Made by a program: the position numbers and the translations under genes
Shown: positions 19,048-27,471 of the stretch, in pieces
How positions within the stretch are numbered: the first letter of the stretch is position 1
Layout of the letters: each line of letters opens with the position of its first letter
NCBI GenBank assembly: GCA_037445185.1
Contig: JBBIKZ010000001.1
Location: 27,485-91,484, forward strand
Reading direction: 5' to 3'
DNA: 64,000 nt
From: Hydrogenophilales bacterium
GTDB taxonomy: Bacteria; Pseudomonadota; Gammaproteobacteria; Burkholderiales; Thiobacillaceae
Notes under the pieces: generated by a model
What the model was told of the DNA's origin: nothing
Database searches by the model: none
The model's input: the letters and a program-made list of their open reading frames with translations, nothing else

Positions 19048-20016
19048 ATGATGCGTATCCTGATCGTCGGCTGCGGCGACGTGGGTCTGCGCGCGGCCCG
19101 ACTGCTGCGCGGGCGGGCCCGGGTCTATGGCCTGCTCCGCAACCCGGACCGCGCCGCCGCCCTGCGTGAAGCCGGGGTGGTGCCGGTCAGGGGCGACCTG
19201 GACGATGCCGCCACGCTGCGCCGTTTGACCGCGCTCGCCGATGCCGTGTTGCATTTCGCCCCACCACCCGTGGCAGGTGATGCGGATCCACGCACCCGGC
19301 GGCTCATCGCCAGCCTGGGGCGGCGAAGTCTAGCACGCGGCGCCTCCAGCGCGGACCTCGCGCGACAAGCGCATCCCCAAGGCGGAATGGGGGTACTGCC
19401 GCGGCGTGTGGTCTACATCAGCACCAGCGGCGTCTACGGCGATTGCGGCGGCGCGTGGGTGGCGGAGACGCGCCCGATCCGCCCGCACAATGCCCGCGCC
19501 CAGCGCCGCGCCGATGCGGAACGGCGGCTGCGGCGCTGGGCGGGGCGGACGGGCCGGCGGCTCGCCATCCTACGCGCGCCCGGCATCTATGCCCAGGACC
19601 GCATGCCGGCGGCGCGCGTGCGGCAGGGCCTACCGGCGCTCCTGCCCGAGGAGGACATCCACACCAACCACATCCATGCCGAGGACCTCGCCCGTCTGGC
19701 CATCGTCGCCCTGTTCCGGGGCAGGCCGAACCGCCTGTACAACGCCGTGGACGACAGCGCACTCAAGATGGGCGACTGGTTCGACGTCGTCGCCGATCAC
19801 CTCGGCCTGCCGCGCCCACCGCGGCTGACCAGGGACGCGGTCTTGGCGGCGGTCACGCCGGCGATGCGCTCCTTCCTCAGCGAGTCGCGGCGGCTGGTCA
19901 ACCGGCGCATCAAGCGTGAGCTGCGTTTCCGGCTCCTCTATCCCACGGTGCGGGAGGGGCTGGCCGCAGTCGGCGCGCCCGGCCCCCAAGGGGACACCGA
20001 CTCCCCGGCGGCGTAA
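19048..20016 (+). CDS. NAD(P)-binding SDR / epimerase-family protein
   Basis: MMRILIVGCGDVGLRAARLL Rossmann start; …YISTSGVYGD… typical of extended SDRs. Confidence 0.7.
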   Translation: MMRILIVGCGDVGLRAARLLRGRARVYGLLRNPDRAAALREAGVVPVRGDLDDAATLRRLTALADAVLHFAPPPVAGDADPRTRRLIASLGRRSLARGASSADLARQAHPQGGMGVLPRRVVYISTSGVYGDCGGAWVAETRPIRPHNARAQRRADAERRLRRWAGRTGRRLAILRAPGIYAQDRMPAARVRQGLPALLPEEDIHTNHIHAEDLARLAIVALFRGRPNRLYNAVDDSALKMGDWFDVVADHLGLPRPPRLTRDAVLAAVTPAMRSFLSESRRLVNRRIKRELRFRLLYPTVREGLAAVGAPGPQGDTDSPAA

Positions 20017-20018
20017 GG

Positions 20019-21224
20019 CTAACGGTAGAGGAGCACGTCCTCGCGCTCCTCACGCCAGGCCGCTTCGTCGGCAGTGGCGAGGGCATCGAGGTCGGCGGGT
20101 GAGGCCATCGGATCGTCCACCCACTGGCGCAGCAGGGGGCTGCCGTTGATGAGGTCGATGGCGAGGCGGTCGAACTCGTATTCGTAGGGGAAGTCGCGCC
20201 ACAACGGGTAGTCGGGATCAAGGCGCCGGATCGCCTTGAAGGCCAGGGCCATGAGGCGCCAGGGGCGGAAGGCGGCGGGGTCGTAGGCGCCGTCCTCGAC
20301 GTGGATCTGCAGCCCCGCGCACAGCCGCCCCGCGTGCTTGTGGAAGGTGGGCTCGAACCAGCACTCGCGCAGGCGGCAGCCCTCGAGCCAGTGCGGCGCA
20401 AGCCGCTGCATCTCGGCTACGAGCCGGCGCGGCTCCAGGTCGGGGGCGCCGAGGAGCTCCAGCGGTCGGGTGGTGCCGCGGCCTTCCGACAGGGTGGTGC
20501 CCTCGAGCATCACCGTGCCGGCGTAGCAGCGCGCCATCCACAGGTTGGGCGCGTTGGGGCTGGGGTTGACCCAGGCGCGCTCGTTGAGCGGCCAGCCGTA
20601 ACCTGGCCCGGCCTCGGGCTGCCAGTCGCGCAGGGTCACGACCCGGTAGTCCACGTCGAGCTTGAGGGTGCGCACGAACCAGGCGCCCAGCTCGCCCAGG
20701 GTGAGACCGTGGCGCATGGGCAGGGGGCCGGCGCCGACGAAACTCTCCCAGCCCGGCCGCAACGTCAGTCCCTCCACCGGCCGGCCGACGGGATTGGGGC
20801 GATCGAGCACCACGACTGTCTTGCTGTGCGCCGCGGCGGCCTCGAGCACGTAGCGGAGGGTGGTGACGTAGGTGTAGATGCGGCAGCCGAGGTCCTGCAG
20901 GTCGACCAGCAGCGCGTCGAAGGTCTCCAGCATCGCCGCGGTGGGCCGGCGCACCTCGCCGTAGAGGCTGAAGACCGGGATGCCGTGCACGGGGTCGAGG
21001 TAATCGGGCGACTCGACCATGTTGTCCTGCTTGTCGCCGCGCAGCCCATGCTGCGGGCCGAAGGCCGCGGTGAGCTCGAGTTCGGGCAGGGCGGCAAGCG
21101 CGTCGAGGGCGTGGGTGAGGTCGGCGGTCACCGAGGCGGGGTGCGCCAGCAGGGCGATGCGCCGACCCCTGAGGGGGTGGCGCAGCTCGGGCTCGCTGAG
21201 CAGGCGGTCGAGGCCGGTTTTCAT
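20019..21224 (-). CDS. DUF1343 family protein (NamZ/YbbC-like exo-muramidase family)
   Basis: 401 aa from ATG 21224 (MKTGLDRLLSEPELRHPLRGRRIALLAHPASV…GPQHGLRGDKQDNM…). The longer in-frame ORF in the track was not used. Confidence 0.8.
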   Translation of the reverse strand: MKTGLDRLLSEPELRHPLRGRRIALLAHPASVTADLTHALDALAALPELELTAAFGPQHGLRGDKQDNMVESPDYLDPVHGIPVFSLYGEVRRPTAAMLETFDALLVDLQDLGCRIYTYVTTLRYVLEAAAAHSKTVVVLDRPNPVGRPVEGLTLRPGWESFVGAGPLPMRHGLTLGELGAWFVRTLKLDVDYRVVTLRDWQPEAGPGYGWPLNERAWVNPSPNAPNLWMARCYAGTVMLEGTTLSEGRGTTRPLELLGAPDLEPRRLVAEMQRLAPHWLEGCRLRECWFEPTFHKHAGRLCAGLQIHVEDGAYDPAAFRPWRLMALAFKAIRRLDPDYPLWRDFPYEYEFDRLAIDLINGSPLLRQWVDDPMASPADLDALATADEAAWREEREDVLLYR

Positions 21225-21757
21225 GGCGGGTCGAGTCTGAGGCGGAAGGCGTCGGGGTGATGGAAGTCCGGCGCATCGCCGGGATGGGCCAGGGCCCAAT
21301 AGGATAGCTGGCCGGCCTGATCCTCGATCACGGCACTGAGGCCAATGCGCAGTGGGCGCCCCGGCGGGAGGTCCGGGCTCGCCAGGCCGGCGGTCAGGGT
21401 CAGCCGGTCTTCCGTGTGTTGGCAGGTGATGTGGGGCGGCCGGATGGGGGCCGGCAGACCGCCGCGCCGGTAGGTCGCGAAGTCGTAGGCCTGCCACGCA
21501 CCCGAGGGGGCGAAGTTGTACTCGCGATAGGCGGGGGCCTGCCGGCCCATGACGAAGGCCTCCAGGCAGGTATGCCGCCACAGGCCGTCGACCCGGTCGC
21601 CGCGGGCCGACGGCGGGCGCTTGAGCCGCGCCAGGTCGCCGCTGACGGTGTACACGAGGGTCAGGCGCGCGCGCCCATCCCATGCCAGCCTCACCGCGAT
21701 GCCCGCCAGCCAGGGGACCGGCGTGGCCGGGTGACACAGCAGGGCGGCCTCGGTCAC
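21221..21757 (-). CDS. hypothetical protein (possibly DOMON/CBM9-like beta-sandwich)
   Basis: 178 aa from GTG 21757 (GTGA overlap with the phr stop); its stop overlaps the DUF1343 ATG (ATGA). …WRHTCLEAFV…YREYNFAPSGAWQAYDF…. Confidence 0.5.
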   Translation of the reverse strand: MTEAALLCHPATPVPWLAGIAVRLAWDGRARLTLVYTVSGDLARLKRPPSARGDRVDGLWRHTCLEAFVMGRQAPAYREYNFAPSGAWQAYDFATYRRGGLPAPIRPPHITCQHTEDRLTLTAGLASPDLPPGRPLRIGLSAVIEDQAGQLSYWALAHPGDAPDFHHPDAFRLRLDPP

Positions 21758-23172
21758 GCCACGCTCCTGAACAGGCCCAGGGTCGTCTGCCTCGCCTTGG
21801 CATGATCGACGATGGGCCACGGGTAGTCCCGCCCGATGACGACGCCGCAGGCGTTCTGGACGCCGGCCGGCATCTTCCACGGGGCGTGCAGGTATTTGTC
21901 CGGGACCGCCGCCAGCTCGGGCAGGTAGCGGCGGATGAAGCGGCCATCGGGGTCGAAGCGTTCCGACTGGGTGACCGGGTTGAAGATGCGAAACCAGGGC
22001 TGGGCGTCCGTGCCCACACCGGCCGACCACTGCCAGCCGCCGACATTGGCGGCCTGGTCGTAGTCGATCAGCCGGGCGGCGAAATGGCGCTCCCCCAGGC
22101 GCCAGTCCACGTGCAGGTCCTTCACCAGGAAACTGGCGGCGATCATGCGCAGCCGGTTGTGCATGTAGCCGGTCTGATCGAGCTGGCGCATGGCCGCGTC
22201 GACGATGGGGTAGCCGGTGCGCGCCTCGCACCAGGCCTGAAAATGGCCGGGCGGGTTGGGCCAGACGAGGCGGTCGAACTTGCGCTGGAAGGCATTCTCG
22301 ACCGTCTCGGGGTAGTGCCACAGCAGCATCTGGTAGAACTCGCGCCAGATGAGCTCGGAGAGCCACACCCGTGCCCCCTCGCCGTGCCGCTCGCTCGCCC
22401 GACGCACCAGTTCGCGCACGCTCACCGTGCCGAAGCGTAGGTGCACCGAAAGATAGGAGGGCCCCTTGAGGCCGGGATAGTCGCGCCGTTCGTGGTAGCG
22501 GTCGATGCGTTGCAGGAAGTCTGCGAGCAAGGCCCGGGCCCCGGCCTCGCCGGCCTGAACGCCGAGTGCGTTGAGGTTCGTGGCCTGGAAGCCGAGCGCC
22601 TCCAGCCTGGGCATGGGCAGGGGGTCGGCCTTGGCCAGGCGGTCGAGCCGCATGCGGCTCGGGTGGGCGGCGAGGTCCGCGGGCGTGAGGCGTGCCAGCC
22701 AGGCGCGCCGGTAAGGGGTGTAGACGTGGAAGGGGTGGCCGGCGGCATTGAGCACCTCGTCGGTGTCGAAGATGACCTGATCCTTGTGCAGGACCAGGCG
22801 CTGGCCCTGAGCGGCCAGGGTCTCGGCCACCGCTTCGTCCCGCGCGCGGGCGCGCGGCTCGTAGTCACGGGCCGCATGCACCTCGTGCGCGCCCAGCTCG
22901 CGCGCGATCTGCGGGATGAGGACCTTGGCCGGCCCATGCAGGACGTACAGGCTGCCGCCGTGGTGCTCCAGCTCGGCCTTGAGGGTGGCGACGGACGCCC
23001 AGATGAATTCCACCCGTCTGTCCCGGCGGTCGGACAGGGCGTCCAGGATGTCGGTGTCGAAAACGAAGACGCCGTGCACGCGTCGGCCCGACGCCAGGGC
23101 CTGAGCGAGGGCGGCGTGGTCGGTCAGGCGCAGGTCGCGGCGGAACCAGACCAGGGCGTCGTCACAGGACAT
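21754..23172 (-). CDS. phrB: deoxyribodipyrimidine photolyase
   Basis: 472 aa. …[17 protein letters not shown]… N-terminus and C-terminal FAD-binding domain (…WREFY…[15 protein letters not shown]…QWSAG…). Confidence 0.9.
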   Translation of the reverse strand: MSCDDALVWFRRDLRLTDHAALAQALASGRRVHGVFVFDTDILDALSDRRDRRVEFIWASVATLKAELEHHGGSLYVLHGPAKVLIPQIARELGAHEVHAARDYEPRARARDEAVAETLAAQGQRLVLHKDQVIFDTDEVLNAAGHPFHVYTPYRRAWLARLTPADLAAHPSRMRLDRLAKADPLPMPRLEALGFQATNLNALGVQAGEAGARALLADFLQRIDRYHERRDYPGLKGPSYLSVHLRFGTVSVRELVRRASERHGEGARVWLSELIWREFYQMLLWHYPETVENAFQRKFDRLVWPNPPGHFQAWCEARTGYPIVDAAMRQLDQTGYMHNRLRMIAASFLVKDLHVDWRLGERHFAARLIDYDQAANVGGWQWSAGVGTDAQPWFRIFNPVTQSERFDPDGRFIRRYLPELAAVPDKYLHAPWKMPAGVQNACGVVIGRDYPWPIVDHAKARQTTLGLFRSVA

Positions 23173-23211
23173 GGGATGAGGCGTATCGGGCGGCGTGGCA
23201 TGGCTTCGATT

Positions 23212-23239
23212 TTGCGTCCCTGGTCGCGGGGTTTACAAT
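23212..23239 (+). promoter_or_regulatory. candidate sigma-70 promoter for yqgE-ruvX-pyrR…
   Basis: TTGCGT (23212-23217), 16-nt spacer, TACAAT (23234-23239) in the phr/yqgE divergent spacer. Confidence 0.35.
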
Positions 23240-23339
23240 CACCCACGGCAGTGATCGTCGGACAGGCGAAGGGGTGTTCCGGGTGAGCGGGGACGCTTCC
23301 CACGCCAGTCGGCGGCGCGGCCCAGCCCCCGGTGCCGAC

Positions 23340-23900
23340 ATGGAAAACGCCAACTTTACCGACCACTTCCTCATCGCCATGCCCAACATGGTGGACCCCA
23401 ACTTTGCCGGGACGCTGACCTACATCTGCGACCACGGAGAACAGGGGGCCCTCGGCGTGGTGATCAACCGTCCCATCGATCTGTCGCTGGAAAAGCTGTT
23501 CGAGCAGATCGGGCTCAGCCTGGATGACGAGCGGCTGGTGGGCCTGCCCGTCTATTACGGCGGTCCGGTACAGGTCGAGCGCGGTTTCGTCCTGCACCGG
23601 CCGGTGGGGGGGTGGAACTCCACCCTGGCGGTAAACGAACAGGTCGGCCTGACCACCTCCAAGGACATCCTGGAGGCCACCTGCCGCCGGGAAGGACCGG
23701 CGCAGATCCTAGTGACCCTCGGCTATGCCGGTTGGGGCCCGGGTCAGCTGGAGGAGGAGATCAAGCAGAATGCCTGGCTCACGGTGGCGGCGGACCCAGA
23801 CGTGATCTTCGACCTGCCGCCCGAGGCGCGCCTGCCGGCGGCCATGCAGCTGCTGGGCATCGATCCGGCGATGCTGTCCGAGGATGCCGGACACGCATGA
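23340..23900 (+). CDS. yqgE: YqgE/AlgH family protein
   Basis: 186 aa from ATG 23340 ([32 protein letters not shown]…). Confidence 0.85.
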   Translation: MENANFTDHFLIAMPNMVDPNFAGTLTYICDHGEQGALGVVINRPIDLSLEKLFEQIGLSLDDERLVGLPVYYGGPVQVERGFVLHRPVGGWNSTLAVNEQVGLTTSKDILEATCRREGPAQILVTLGYAGWGPGQLEEEIKQNAWLTVAADPDVIFDLPPEARLPAAMQLLGIDPAMLSEDAGHA

Positions 23901-24382
23901 CCAACAGGGTAGTGAGCGGTGCCGGTGAATGTTCGTCAGACATTGCCAGCCCGACCGTGTTCCGCAGAAAGGGCAGTGTGCTCGCCTTCGACTTCGGGCT
24001 CAAGCGCATCGGTGTCGCCGTGGGGGAATGGGAGACTCGCTCCTCGCACCCGCTCGAGACCATCGCCGAGGAGGCCAATGCACGGCGATTCACCCGCATC
24101 GGCGCGTTGGTGGCCGAGTGGCGGCCGGTGGAGCTGGTCGTCGGCCTGCCGCGCTCCCTGGAGGGCGCCGAGCACGAGCTCAGCCGGCGCTGCCGTCGCT
24201 TCGCCAACCAGCTCGCCGGCCGCTTCGATCTGCCGGTGCGGCTCATCGACGAGCGGCTGACCTCCGCCGAGGCCGAGGCGCGGCTCAGGCAGGCCGGTGT
24301 GCACGGTGCGCGGCGGCGGCAGGCGGTGGACAGTCTGGCCGCGCAACGTATCCTGGACGACTATTTCGAGCAATCGCCCTAG
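23897..24382 (+). CDS. ruvX: Holliday-junction resolvase-like nuclease RuvX (YqgF)
   Basis: …[17 protein letters not shown]… core. ATG 23897 overlaps the yqgE stop (ATGA) and gives a roughly 25-aa N-terminal extension, so the true start may be later. Confidence 0.8.
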   Translation: MTNRVVSGAGECSSDIASPTVFRRKGSVLAFDFGLKRIGVAVGEWETRSSHPLETIAEEANARRFTRIGALVAEWRPVELVVGLPRSLEGAEHELSRRCRRFANQLAGRFDLPVRLIDERLTSAEAEARLRQAGVHGARRRQAVDSLAAQRILDDYFEQSP

Positions 24383-24383
24383 C

Positions 24384-24881
24384 ATGCATCTGCCCCAACC
24401 GCGAGCGCTAATCGACGAGCTGGCCGCAGCCATCCGCCCGGTAATGCGGCCGGACCTGGCCTTGGTGGGCATCCACACCGGCGGCGTCTGGGTCATGGAC
24501 GCCTTGGCCGATCACCTGGGGCTAGACCATCCCCGCGGGGTACTCGATATCTCTTTCTATCGCGACGATTTTTCGCGCATCGGCCTGCATCCGGAGGTCA
24601 AGCCCTCGCGCATCCCCTTCGACGTCGAGGGTCGCGACATCCTGCTCATCGATGACGTGCTCTACACGGGGCGCACCGTGCGGGCGGCCATGAATCTGTT
24701 GTTCGACTATGGGCGCCCTGCCGCCATCCGTCTGGCCGTGCTGGTCGACCGGGGCGGGCGCGAGCTGCCGATCTGCCCCGATTACCTGGGAATGAAGTTG
24801 GCCCTGGATGCAGGCGCGCACATCAGCCTGCAGCGCGACGACTCCGGCGCGCTGTCGTTCGTGCTGAGCGAGAGGCCATGA
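24384..24881 (+). CDS. pyrR: PyrR (bifunctional pyr regulator / uracil phosphoribosyltransferase family)
   Basis: 165 aa; PRTase motif [17 protein letters not shown]. Confidence 0.85.
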   Translation: MHLPQPRALIDELAAAIRPVMRPDLALVGIHTGGVWVMDALADHLGLDHPRGVLDISFYRDDFSRIGLHPEVKPSRIPFDVEGRDILLIDDVLYTGRTVRAAMNLLFDYGRPAAIRLAVLVDRGGRELPICPDYLGMKLALDAGAHISLQRDDSGALSFVLSERP

Positions 24882-24966
24882 TCGGCGCGCGGACGTTGCA
24901 GGGTCGACTCGGCAGGCCGGCGCGCGATCTCCGCTCACCCGCCCGTGTGCTTTGCGCTGCCCGGTC

Positions 24967-26043
24967 ATGAACGGCGACCTGCAGCTCAACGCCGACGGCA
25001 GCCTGCGTCACCTGTTGACTCTGGACGGCCTGCCGGCGCGCATCCTGACCCAGATCCTTGACACGGCCGAATCCTTCATCTCGCTGGGTGACCCCACCGG
25101 CCGCGTGCACGGTCGTGCCGGACGGCCGGCCCCGCAGCGGCATGCGGGCGGTAGGCGGGCCCCTGCCGCCGGCCACGCCGCCGCGGGGGCGGAAGTCGCC
25201 GCAGCGCCCGACCACCCGCGCGAGGTCAAGAAGGTGCCCCTGTTGCGCGGCAAGGCCATCTTCAACCTGTTCTTCGAGCCCTCCACCCGCACCCGGACCA
25301 CCTTCGAGATCGCCGCCAAGCGTCTGTCGGCCGACGTGGTCAACCTCAACATCGCCACCTCGGCCCAGAGCAAGGGGGAGACCCTGCTCGACACGGTGGC
25401 CAACCTCTCGGCCATGCAGGCGGACATGTTCGTCGTGCGCCACGCCGCCAGCGGCGCGCCGCACCTCATCGCCCGCCACGTCGCCCCACACATCCACGTC
25501 ATCAACGCCGGTGACGGGCGCTGCGCCCACCCCACCCAGGGGCTGCTGGACATGTTCACCATCCGCCAGCACAAGGGCGGCTTCAACCATTTGCGCGTGG
25601 CCGTGGTCGGCGATGTGCTGCACTCGCGCGTCGCCCGCTCGCAGATCCATGCCCTCACCACGCTCGGCTGCCCGGAGGTGCGGGTGGTCGCGCCGCGCAC
25701 CCTGCTGCCGCGAGACGTGGACAGCCTGGGGGTGCACGTGCACTACCGCATGGAGACCGGCATCCGGGACTGCGACGTGGTGATCATGCTGCGCCTGCAG
25801 AACGAACGCATGCAAGGGGCGCTGCTGCCCTCGCCGCAGGAGTATTTCAAGTACTGGGGACTCACGCCGGAGAAGCTCAAGCTGGCCAAACCCGATGCCA
25901 TCGTCATGCACCCGGGTCCCATGAACCGCGGCGTCGAGATCGACTCGGACGTGGCCGACGGTGGCCACTCGGTCATCCTCAACCAGGTCACCTACGGCAT
26001 CGCCGTGCGCATGGCGGTGATGAGCCTGCTGGCGGGCAATTGA
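24967..26043 (+). CDS. pyrB: aspartate carbamoyltransferase catalytic chain, with an in-frame insertion of about 42 aa
   Basis: …[13 protein letters not shown]…, …HPTQGLLD…, …[11 protein letters not shown]… motifs. The Arg/Ala/Pro/Gly-rich segment encoded by 25093-25218 has no counterpart in the ATCases I remember. Confidence 0.9.
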   Translation: MNGDLQLNADGSLRHLLTLDGLPARILTQILDTAESFISLGDPTGRVHGRAGRPAPQRHAGGRRAPAAGHAAAGAEVAAAPDHPREVKKVPLLRGKAIFNLFFEPSTRTRTTFEIAAKRLSADVVNLNIATSAQSKGETLLDTVANLSAMQADMFVVRHAASGAPHLIARHVAPHIHVINAGDGRCAHPTQGLLDMFTIRQHKGGFNHLRVAVVGDVLHSRVARSQIHALTTLGCPEVRVVAPRTLLPRDVDSLGVHVHYRMETGIRDCDVVIMLRLQNERMQGALLPSPQEYFKYWGLTPEKLKLAKPDAIVMHPGPMNRGVEIDSDVADGGHSVILNQVTYGIAVRMAVMSLLAGN

Positions 26044-26050
26044 TCCGGCC

Positions 26051-27331
26051 ATGAAGATCCTCATCCGCAACGGCCGCGTCCTCGATCCGGAAAGCGGTCT
26101 GGACGCCGTCTGCGACGTGTGCGTGGCCGCCGGGCGCATCGTCGCCGTGGGCACCGCACCGGCCGATTTCCATCCCAACCTGGAGATCGACGCGCGCGGG
26201 CTCGTCGTCTGCCCCGGCCTGGTCGATCTGTCGGTGCGCCTGCGCGAGCCGGGCTTCGAGTACATGGCCACCCTGGAATCCGAGATGCGGGCGGCGGCCG
26301 CCGGCGGGGTGACCAGCCTGGCCTGTCCGCCCGACACCGACCCACCGCTGGATGAGCCCGGTCTGGTGGAGATGCTCAAGTTCCGCACCCGCACGAGCCC
26401 CGGGCCGCGGGTCTATCCCGTCGGCGCGCTCACCTGGAAGCTCAAGGGGGAACGGCTCACCGAGATGGCGGAGCTCAACGAGGCGGGCTGTGTCGCCTTC
26501 AGCCAGGCCGACGCGCCCCTCGTCGACACCCGCGTCCTGCTGCGGGCGCTCGAATACGCGGTGACCTTCGACCTGCCGGTCTGGCTGCGCCCGCAGGATC
26601 CCCATCTCGCCCGTGACGGTGTCGCCCACGACGGTGTCGTGGCCGCCCGGCTGGGGCTGCCCGCCATCCCCGTGCCGGCGGAGACGGTGGCCCTGCAGAC
26701 CATCCTGCTGCTGGCGCGCGAGACCGGCGCCCGCGTGCATCTCGCCCGGATGTCCAGCCGCGCTGGCCTCGACATGGTGCGTCGTGCCAAGCATGACGGG
26801 CTGCGCATCACCTGCGACGTGGCGGTGCACCACGTCCATCTGTCGGAGATGGACCTGGTGGACTTCAACGCCAACTGTCATCTCGTCCCGCCGCTACGTA
26901 GCATCCGCGACCGGGATGCCATCCGCCAGGCGCTGCGCGAGGGGTTGGTGGACGCCATCTGTTCCGACCATGCGCCGGTCAACGACGACGCCAAGGAGCT
27001 GCCCTTCCAGGAGGCCCAACCCGGCGCCACCGGGGTGGAACTGTTGCTGCCGCTGACCCTGAAATGGGCGCGCGAGATGGATGTGCCCCTGCTCGAGGCG
27101 ATCGACCTCATCACCCGCCGTCCCGCCCGCATCCTCGGCACCCAGGCCGGCAGCCTGGCGGTGGGGCAGCCGGCCGATCTGTGCCTGTTCGACCCGGAGC
27201 GCCCCTGGACGGTGAGCCGCCAGACCCTGCTGTCGCTGGGCAAGAACAGCCCTTACCTGGGCACGGAGCTCATCGGCCAGGTGATGTACACCATCATCGA
27301 CGGCCATATCGACTTCAAACGCAACCACTGA
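26051..27331 (+). CDS. dihydroorotase-like protein, probably non-catalytic PyrC-prime
   Basis: 426 aa amidohydrolase fold directly after pyrB. The metal-binding HxH position reads LVDLSVRLREPG (no His). Confidence 0.8.
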   Translation: MKILIRNGRVLDPESGLDAVCDVCVAAGRIVAVGTAPADFHPNLEIDARGLVVCPGLVDLSVRLREPGFEYMATLESEMRAAAAGGVTSLACPPDTDPPLDEPGLVEMLKFRTRTSPGPRVYPVGALTWKLKGERLTEMAELNEAGCVAFSQADAPLVDTRVLLRALEYAVTFDLPVWLRPQDPHLARDGVAHDGVVAARLGLPAIPVPAETVALQTILLLARETGARVHLARMSSRAGLDMVRRAKHDGLRITCDVAVHHVHLSEMDLVDFNANCHLVPPLRSIRDRDAIRQALREGLVDAICSDHAPVNDDAKELPFQEAQPGATGVELLLPLTLKWAREMDVPLLEAIDLITRRPARILGTQAGSLAVGQPADLCLFDPERPWTVSRQTLLSLGKNSPYLGTELIGQVMYTIIDGHIDFKRNH

Positions 27332-27455
27332 GAACGTGTGCATAGTTCTGCTGCGCGTCCCGATCTCGAAGCTGCGCTGCTCGCCGTACTGAACGTACGA
27401 CTGCGCCTCTCGCTTCAACCTCGGGCCGCTTGCGACGCAAACGTCCACAAGTTCT
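27331..27455. repeat. imperfect 125-bp palindromic element
   Basis: AGAAC…GTTCT ends. The arms share CCCGA(T/G)…TCGAAGC / TTGAAGC blocks. It starts on the last base of the pyrC-prime TGA. Confidence 0.45.
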
Positions 27456-27471
27456 GACCCCGCACGCCAAA

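Noticed and set aside
19311-19410. Possible insertion of about 25-30 aa (…SLGRRSLARGASSADLARQAHPQGGMGVLPRR…) in the SDR/epimerase-like protein, analogous to the pyrB insertion.
   Set aside because: I do not remember a close enough homologue to be sure the segment is extra, and no clear repeat structure is visible in the DNA. It is left unreported as a finding.
24882-24966. PyrR-binding attenuator between pyrR and pyrB.
   Set aside because: I could not find the conserved PyrR binding-loop hairpin or a terminator/antiterminator pair followed by a U-tract. Pseudomonas-type PyrR is not known to act by RNA attenuation.
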